A DNA stretch of 64,000 nucleotides from the human T2T-CHM13v2.0 reference genome, Homo sapiens: assembly GCF_009914755.1 (NCBI RefSeq), contig NC_060947.1. One strand, given 5' to 3'. The notes under the pieces were generated by a model. The model did no database searches. It was not told the origin of the DNA and saw only the letters and a program-made list of their open reading frames with translations. Below are positions 56,248-64,000 of this stretch, in pieces. The stretch's first letter is position 1. Every line of letters starts with the position of its first letter. A program made the position numbers and the translations under genes.

Positions 56248-59200
56248 ATCAAGCATCTTCTCTGAACACAACAGAATACAACTAGAAATCAATAGCACAA
56301 GGAACTGTGGAAACTGTGCAAATACACAGAAATTAAACAATATGCTCCTGAATGACCAGTAGGTTAATGAAAAAATTAAGAAAAAATTTAGAAAATGTAT
56401 TGAAACAAATGGAAATTGAAATACAATATGCTAAATCTTATGGGATACAGCAAAAGCAGTACTAAGAGGGAAGTTTATAGCTATAAGTGCCTACATCAAA
56501 AAAGAAATAAAAAACTTAAAATAACCTAATGATGCATCTTAAAGAACTTGAAAAGCAAGCACAAACCAAACACAAAACTAGTGGAATAAACGAAATAATA
56601 AACAGCAAGAGCAGAAATAAATGAATCTGAAATGAAGGAAACAATACAAAAGATAAACAAAACTAAAAGTTGGTGTTTTGAAAAGACAGACAAAACTGAC
56701 AAACCTTTAGCCAGATTAACCAAGGAAAAAAGCGAAAATAGCTGAATGAAAATCAGAGATGAAAAAAGAGATGTTACAAATGGTACCACATTAATTACTA
56801 CTATGAGCAACTATATTCCAATAAATTGGAAAATCTAGAATAAATGAATCAATTCCTAGAAACATACAACCTATTAAGATTAAACCATGAAGAGATCCAA
56901 AACTTGTACAGACAAATAACAGGTAAAGAGATTTAAGCCATATTGAAAAGTGAATTTGGTAGAATTCACTGTTGAATTCTACCAAAGATTTCAAAAACTA
57001 ACACCTATCCTACCCAAACTATTCTAAAAAATAGAGAATAACAGAATAATTCCAAACTCATTTTACAAGGCTGGTATTATCCTGATACCAAAGCCAGACA
57101 AAGATACATCAAAAAATGAAAACTATAGGCCACTATTGCTGATGAATATTGATGCAAAAATCCTCAACAAAATATTAGCAAACCAAATTCAACAATATAT
57201 TAAAAAGATCATTCATCATGACCAACTGGGATTTATCTCAGGCATGCAAGGATGGTTGAACATACAAAATCAATTATTGTGATACATCATATCAACAGAA
57301 TGAAAGACAAAAATCATATGATCATTTCAATTGATGCAGAAAAAGCATTTGATAAAATTCATCATCTCTTCATGACAAAAACCCTCAAAAAACTGGACAT
57401 AGAAGGAACATATCTCAACATAATAAAAACCATATATGACCAACACATAGCTAATATTGTAATGAATGGGGAAAAAACTGATAGCTTTTCTTTCACAATC
57501 AGGTACATGATAAGGGTGTCCACTTTCACCAGTTATTCAACATAGTAGTGGAAGTCCTAGCTAGAGCAATCAGACGAGAGAAAGAAATAAAGGGCATCCA
57601 AGTTGAAAAGGAAGGAGTCAAATTATCCTTGTTTTCAGATGGTATAATCTTACATTTGGAAAAACCTACTAAAGACTTCATGAAAAAAATTGTTAGAAAT
57701 GATACATAAATTCAGTAAAGTTGCAGGATACAAAGTCAACATACAAAAATCAGTAGCATTTCTATATGCCAACAGCAAACAATCAGAAAAAAAATTTCAA
57801 GAAAGTAATCCCATTTACAATAGCTACAAAAAAAACCCTAAGAATAACCAAAGAAGTAAAAGATCTCTATAATGAAAACTATAAAACATTAATGCAAGAA
57901 ATTGAAGTGGACACCAAAAAATGTAAAGATATTCCATGTACATGGATTAGAAGAATCAATATTGTTAAAATGTCCATCCTACCCAAAGCAATCTACAGAC
58001 TCAATGCAATCTCTATCAAAATACAAATGATATTATTCACAGAAATAGAAAAAAAATCCTAAAATCTATATGGAACCACTACAGACTCAGAATATCCAAA
58101 TAAATCCTGGGCAAAAATAACAAAACTAGAAGAATCACATTTCCTTACATTAAATTATACTACAGAGCTATAGTAATCAAAACAGCATGGTACTGGCATA
58201 AAAACAGAAACATAAATCAGCAGAACAGAATGGAGAACCCAAAGACAAATCCACACATCTACAGCGAACTCATTTTTGACCAAAGTATCAGACACATACA
58301 TTGGGGAAAGGACAGTCTCTTCAATCAATGGTGCTGGAAAACTGGATATCCATATGCAAAAGAATGAAACTAGATGCCTATCTCTCACCATATACCAAAA
58401 TTTCAACCTTCACTAGAAGAATATGAAACTGCCCATCTCCTTGTACTCTTACCAATACATGTCATTATTTTTTAATCTCTGCTATTTTAATATGTAGAAA
58501 ATATTTCACTTCTGCCAATTTTTTTCTTCTTTGAGTTTAGCTAAACATTTTAGTCTCATTTAAATGTGAATTATGTGAAACTAGGAAGGAGTTCAAAATA
58601 ATATCTGTTTGCGCTTTATATGTTGATAACAAGCAATATGTGAAAAGAGGGGGGAAAGTACTATTATCTCTATTGCTATTTTTGCAAATAGTGAAGTTGA
58701 TGCTCAGGATATCAAAGAAATTTTCCCAAAGTCAGTGAAAGATCAAATCTTCTAGCGCTCTTCCTAGTTCTCTCCCAATCTGAAGTAAACACAGGGCTGA
58801 TAGGCAATCCAAGATTTTCTAAGTGCAAGTAAAAGTGTAACATATATAATTTAGTGATGGTGTTGTCCCAGCACTCTCCTCTCCTCTCGCCTTTTCCTTC
58901 TAGCATAATCTTGGCAAAATAAAGCAAAGGGAGGAGGAAAGTAAGGCAGCTGGACTCGGGAGGTCTCCCAAGCATAACTAGAACATATTTTATTCACTTC
59001 AGCATTTGGCTCCACAACAGTACTTGAGATGACAGTCTGTGAGGTGCCTCAGGGCCAATCACATGGCCTCCCTACTGATGTCCTATCTAGGTTGCTCCAG
59101 CCTCCCTGGTCTCCAGTTTGCCTTTTGCATGGAGATCCAAGAACAAATGGGCCACTTGAGGGACAGTTGCTTTCCCCCATACCACACAAATAGACTCATT

Positions 59201-59394
59201 TCCTAATTTATTTTCTGTGTTTTTAAAGAAAGATGGAAATGCACTGATCTCTTTCAGTCAAAGTAATATTTTATTTTTGTCTTTCTAAAATATTCATATC
59301 CTTCCTTCACACCGAATACTCAAAACAGATCTCTGTGGTAAATAGCTTCAGCATTCCTTCAAATGACTTAAATAACTACCCATTTTACTCCAGA

Positions 59395-59420
59395 ATATAT
59401 GTATATACAAACATACACAT

Positions 59421-59451
<31 letters not shown>

Positions 59452-59692
59452 CACACACATATATGTAATGCATATACGCATACATATATATCAAAACATC
59501 CAGGCCAGGATGGTTTGTGTGGAGATGGGGGGATCAAACTTCTTACAAAATTTAGGCCCAAGTTATGTCCCCAACTCTGTTATATAGATTGCATTGAAAG
59601 TCCAGAATAAATCTATGTTGTTGGGAGTAATTCTAGGATGGTTCCAATGGCGATGAATAGATGTGTATATATGTATTACATATACATGTATG

Positions 59693-59726
<34 letters not shown>

Positions 59727-59805
59727 AATGTATATGTACACTCCTATATATGTAATAGATATGAATACATACACGAGTGTGTGTAAATACACATGATAAA
59801 TATAC
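59395..59805. repeat. Degenerate (TA)n/(CA)n/(TG)n low-complexity tract split by a 162-bp insert
   Basis: Alternating purine-pyrimidine sequence at 59395-59491 and 59663-59805. Confidence 0.9.
59501..59662 (+). repeat. Direct copy of 60224-60385
   Basis: Manual alignment: 162 bp, 11 mismatches, no indels (~93%). Confidence 0.95.
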
Positions 59806-59996
59806 CCATGTGGTTGTATGAATGGAGACAATAGAAATGGGTCCAGAGGCAGTGAGAACAAACATTGGTTAAGAGACTGCTGTGTGCCAAGTACTATAAC
59901 TATATTATCTAGTTGAACCTTCAAAGGAATTCTTGAAGTGGGAAAAGATGGCACCAGGTTAGTCTGTCAGACCAACTGGACGTATTCACTGTTCAG

Positions 59997-60790
59997 GTTC
60001 CCTTATCATACAGAATGTCTCCAGTAAAATGCCTGACCACAGAGAATGCCTGCAGTAAATCTGCATGAAGTGATTTCACTCTGGGCGGTGTTAATTCAGG
60101 ATTCTTTGTAATAGAGATAAGTAGGAGCAACTTCTTACAAAATTGCAGCCTGAGGTGTATCATCAACTCTTATATATTCCAGAAGTTATTGAAAAACTGG
60201 AGTAATTCAGCATGGGAGAGAGACAGGCCAGGGTTGTTTTTGTGGAGATGGGAAGATCCAACTTCTTACAAAATTTAGGTCCAAGTTATGTCCCCAACTC
60301 TGTTATATAGATTGCATTGAAAGTTCAGAATAAATCTATGTTGTTGGGAGTAATTCTAGAATGGTTCCAATGGAGATAAATAGATCCAACTTCTTATAAA
60401 ATCAAAGTGCAAGTTGTGTCATTTCTTTCAGCTTCCTTTTAATGTGGATTGGCTCAGTGGAAGGTGAAAGGCAAGAATGGTTTGTTGTGAAGACTGATGC
60501 ATGGAACCTCTTATAAAATGGAGACCCAGGGCATGTCTTCAACTCTTAAATCTTCCAGATTGTATCAAATGTCTCCAGTAAACCTGCACTGAGTAATCCA
60601 CATTGGAGGATATTTCTCAGTGAGGACGATTAAAGCAGATTCCTTAAAACATATGCCCTTAACTCTATAAAATGTCTCAAGTAATTCAGCATTGGAATTA
60701 CCAGGACTATCAGGCCAGTGCAGCTTGCATTAAAGACAAATGGATCAGACCTTTGAAAAAATTGAGGCCCGAGGTATGTCTCAACTCTTC
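59997..60790 (+). pseudogene. Degenerate tandem repeat (units starting 60112, 60243, 60371, 60488, 60620, 60731); possible fossil repeat-protein exon
   Basis: Recurring motif tggagat....gatccaacttctta(c/t)aaaat...(c/t)caactct; frame consensus approx WRQMDPTSYKIEARGMSSTL..SRL.RMSPVNLH with many stops. The repeat is observed; the coding origin is inferred. Confidence 0.5.
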
Positions 60791-61138
60791 AGCTGAGGAT
60801 ATTAAGAGGCGACTAAGTTCCATCTGCCATAAAGCCCCAGGTGGCAAATTATTTTTGCTCTGTGCTTACCTTAGGAAGCTGCCAAATGTAGCTTCCAAAA
60901 TCCACAAAGGGATAGAGGTTTCCAAGCTGTGTTTCTAAAGGGAGGCAAGCCTGTTAAAATGGTCACTGTGATGCAGCTGAGGAGACTCTGTCCAGGTCCA
61001 AGACCACATACTTATGAGAGTTTCATTGGGCTACAAACCTGGATGGCCAAACTAGAACATGGGAAAAGGTTCATCTGGGCCTTTGAGGCAGAAGGGACTC
61101 CATCGTTGGCCATCTCAGGAAATTTCCCTCCTTTACTC

Positions 61139-61435
61139 TTTTTTTTTTTCTTTGTAAACAGCTTAATTGAAATATAGTTCATATGCCATATAACTCACCC
61201 TTTAAAGCTAACAATTAAATGGTTTTTAGTATCTTCACAGAATTGTCAAACTATCACCACAATCAATTTTAGAACATTTTCACTACCCCAAAAAGAAACC
61301 CCATACCCTTTAGCAGTCAATGCTCCCCACATTTCCCTCCTAGACCCTCTTATCACTAGGCAACCACTGATCTATTTTCTGTCTCTATAGATTTGCCTAA
61401 GCTGTACATTTCATAGAAATGAAGTCATAGAATGT
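61139..61435 (-). mobile_element. L1MB-type 3' end
   Basis: T head, aacagcttaattgaaatatagttcatatgccata...caattttagaacattttcactaccccaaaaagaaacccc. Confidence 0.85.
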
Positions 61436-61469
61436 TGTAAATGTATCTCTGAAATGTAGCTATCTTCAT

Positions 61470-62530
61470 GTCTTATTTTAAAAATGAGCACTCAGAGAAG
61501 TCAAGTAATTTCCCCATGGATACACAGGTAGAAAGTGGTGGAGCCAGGATATAAACCAGGGTGTTCTAGAAAACCTGGGTTCCAGCCCTACCTTAGCCAC
61601 TATTTTGCTTTGTGAAATGAAATGATTCAACGTATACTTTGGATGTATGTTAGAAAAGATACGGCATGGTTTTGTCTGTAAGAATTCAGACACAGAGAGC
61701 TCCTGGCTTGAGCAATTGGGTGGATGAAGGTTCCATTTATTGAAATATGGGAAAAAAGGAGGGAAAGGTAGGTCAAGAGAGGCACATTAAGTAAAAGCCA
61801 AACTAAAACTACAGAAAATAAAACAAAATCCTCACATTCTGAAGGTCTCCAGAGTACAAAAGTCAAAAACTAAAACATGGAAAAGAAGAGAGAAAAGACT
61901 ATAGATATGAAGGGCTGAACTGACTTAGCCATCACAGGCATTTCGATGAAGGTGACAGAAAAACAATTATTAAAAGTATAACTGAGGATAACTTTTCTGA
62001 GCTGAGGAAAAAGCTGAGGATATTGATAAAATGAGTCCCTCAAATTCCAGGCAAAAACAATGAAGAGATCCACACCTAGATAAATATGATGTGTATATGT
62101 GTGTGAGTGTTCATGTCTATGTGTGTGTGCATAAAATCCCACAATGAACCAGTCTAGAAAAAAAAAGGGCTTAATAAACAGTAACTATAATGCTGGACTT
62201 CTCTGGAAATTTTTTCCTTCTGATATTTAGTATTGCAGAATTTTGCTAGGAAAAATTAAGACCTTACAGACCTCAAAGGTGTGAAAAAAAAAAGGCTAGC
62301 AACCACTGTTATCATCATTAAATAGTATCACATTGAGCCCTGAAGAAGCAGTACAAAGTAATAGAAAACCTGTCAAACTAGCTGCCCTAAGATCTAGCTT
62401 GTGGTGTTGGTCATATGAAATTACTCAACCCCCTTGAGATCTGGTTCCTTCCTATTTAATATCAGGATAATTATACTTTCTCATACTTTTATAAGAAGGA
62501 CAAAAAATGATGATCTATGCTAACTTAGGG
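61470..62530. mobile_element. Patchwork of MIR, L2 and ancient L1M ORF1 fragments
   Basis: MIR (ctcagagaagtcaagtaatttccccatggatacacag), L2 (ggcttgagcaattgggtggatg), L1 ORF1-like (ataactgaggataacttttctgagctgagg). Confidence 0.5.
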
Positions 62531-63689
62531 TTACAAATTCACCAGCAAAATCAGCCTAATGTTTTTCGCTTTCCTTTCTTAAAGCAGTTCTGCTTTGTCC
62601 TTCCCTTCTTCACAGACAGAAATTTGTAGTTGAGACTGCATAACCCATGGGGACATAAAAATTCCTCTTTCCTCATCTCAAACTACCAGCTTATCAATGT
62701 GGCAGCAACACAGCTAGAAGCATCTCTTTTGCACAGAGAGCAGCAACTTTTTTGACAGTCTAGGTCCTCCAGAATTTGGTCCCATGCTGCTTGGTAAATT
62801 GTATACCTGCCCCTCTCAAGAGTAAAGCTGACGGGTCTTCCTATTACATTACTGCTGTCTAATCTACTTTCCATCACCCACTCCGTATTATGGGGCCTGG
62901 TTCATACCTGCCCTAGTACCTTTGCTAAATGGAGTTGGCTTAGCATTGACGAAGAGATCAATGATCAGCTTAAATTCCACCTTTGCTATAAAGCTTTCCC
63001 CAAGAACTGCAACCATTGTAGACACTCGATAATTCAAGTTTCTAAACTGTGGTGCAAATAATGTGATTAATGGTCAAGTCACATTCTTTAGTTTCTGTTC
63101 TTCCCAATTTAGTTCTGTACTATTCACTATTTTAGGTGTATTTTATTGCATCCCAAGGTTCACTGTAATTCTCTTGGTTGTTAGGGGTGGAGAAGTAGGA
63201 TGTATAAAAGAGTTAGTAATGACATGAGAAAATGTTTAAGCTATAACGAAAGTTAAAACAAATCAAGATAAAATATTGAATTGGATAATAACCTCAACCA
63301 GAAAAAAAATGTAGAGAAGGAAGAATGGAAGGCTGTATGATGAAATGTTGGCAGTGATTATGACCGGGTGATGAAATATATTGTAAAATATATTTCACTT
63401 CCTTTTTAGTACAAGTGAAATATATTCAACCACATTCAATTGCCAGAAGCATCTAAGACGTTCTCCACTAAGGCCAGCAACCAAAAATAATTAAAATGTA
63501 TGTATAAATAAAAGAAGCCAATAATTCAAATTCCCACAATGAACAGTTAATTACATTTACAAGTTAACAAAATTAAGAGATATGCTTTTGGAGGTAAATT
63601 TTGGGCTGCCATCCCCTAAATCTTGTAACATTTCTAAGAGGTAAGTACTTGTTTAAGGTTTTATCTTTTATCAATTTTACCAGTAATAA

Positions 63690-64000
63690 ACAGGTTTATT
63701 ATATAAAGATTAAATGTAAAAATATTAATAAAGTAGCACTACAGTCTAAAAATAAGTGACACAAAATGGCATACTTATAAGGAAAAATAATAAATCCACA
63801 ATTGCAGCAGCAGTTTTAACACACACCTGTCAAAAACTGCCAGACCAACCATGCAAAATTTAATACAATCATAGATTTGAACTACATAATTAACAAGCTT
63901 AATCTAATTAAACCATATAGAACCCTGCACCCAGTAATTAGAGAATACACATTTCTTTCAAGCACATGCAGAACATTAGAAAATCTGACCACACACTGGT
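63690..64000 (+). mobile_element. Ancient L1M ORF2 endonuclease-region fragment, runs off the right edge
   Basis: tatagaaccctgcacccagtaattagagaatacacatttctttcaagcacatg (YRTLHP..REYTFLSSTC). Confidence 0.75.

Larger units (their letters stand above)
37283..58407 (+). mobile_element. Old L1 (L1MA1/2-type 5' end) split into five pieces: 37283-37664, 38316-38436, 44827-45423, 46975-50020, 56257-58407; 3' end missing
   Basis: Sequence is colinear across each insertion once TSDs are removed; ORF1 remnants ~47900-48830, ORF2 remnants from ~49345 and 56257-58407. Confidence 0.85.

Noticed and set aside
62683-62877. Globular-looking 64-aa minus-strand ORF
   Set aside because: No recognisable domain, and neighbouring sequence looks like decayed L2; likely a chance ORF.

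Overview
Primate (human-like) nuclear DNA from an intergenic or deep intronic region. I recognise no intact host protein-coding exon, RNA gene or CRISPR array. Roughly two thirds of the window is transposable-element debris: L1 of many ages, AluY/AluJ-S/FLAM, MaLR and ERV LTRs (MST, THE1, MLT1, MLT2A, LTR12C), hAT DNA transposons (MER45A, MER3, Charlie4-like), MIR and L2. Subfamily names come from my recollection of consensus sequences and need RepeatMasker/Dfam confirmation. Main points: (1) a cryptic degenerate tandem repeat of ~110-130 bp units at ~60.0-60.8 kb whose units differ largely at synonymous codon positions in one frame, suggesting a fossil repeat-protein exon; a 162-bp piece of it is copied into a TA/CA microsatellite 723 bp upstream; (2) a 21-kb nested cluster in which an old L1M hosts four later insertions, including a full-length L1PA6/7 with a 71-bp 3' transduction and an open ORF0, and a solo LTR12C; (3) an MLT2A/THE1 chimeric LTR element bounded by one apparent TSD; (4) three twin-primed (5'-inverted) L1s of very different size and age; (5) a ~410-bp GAA/GAG purine tract grown from an Alu tail.
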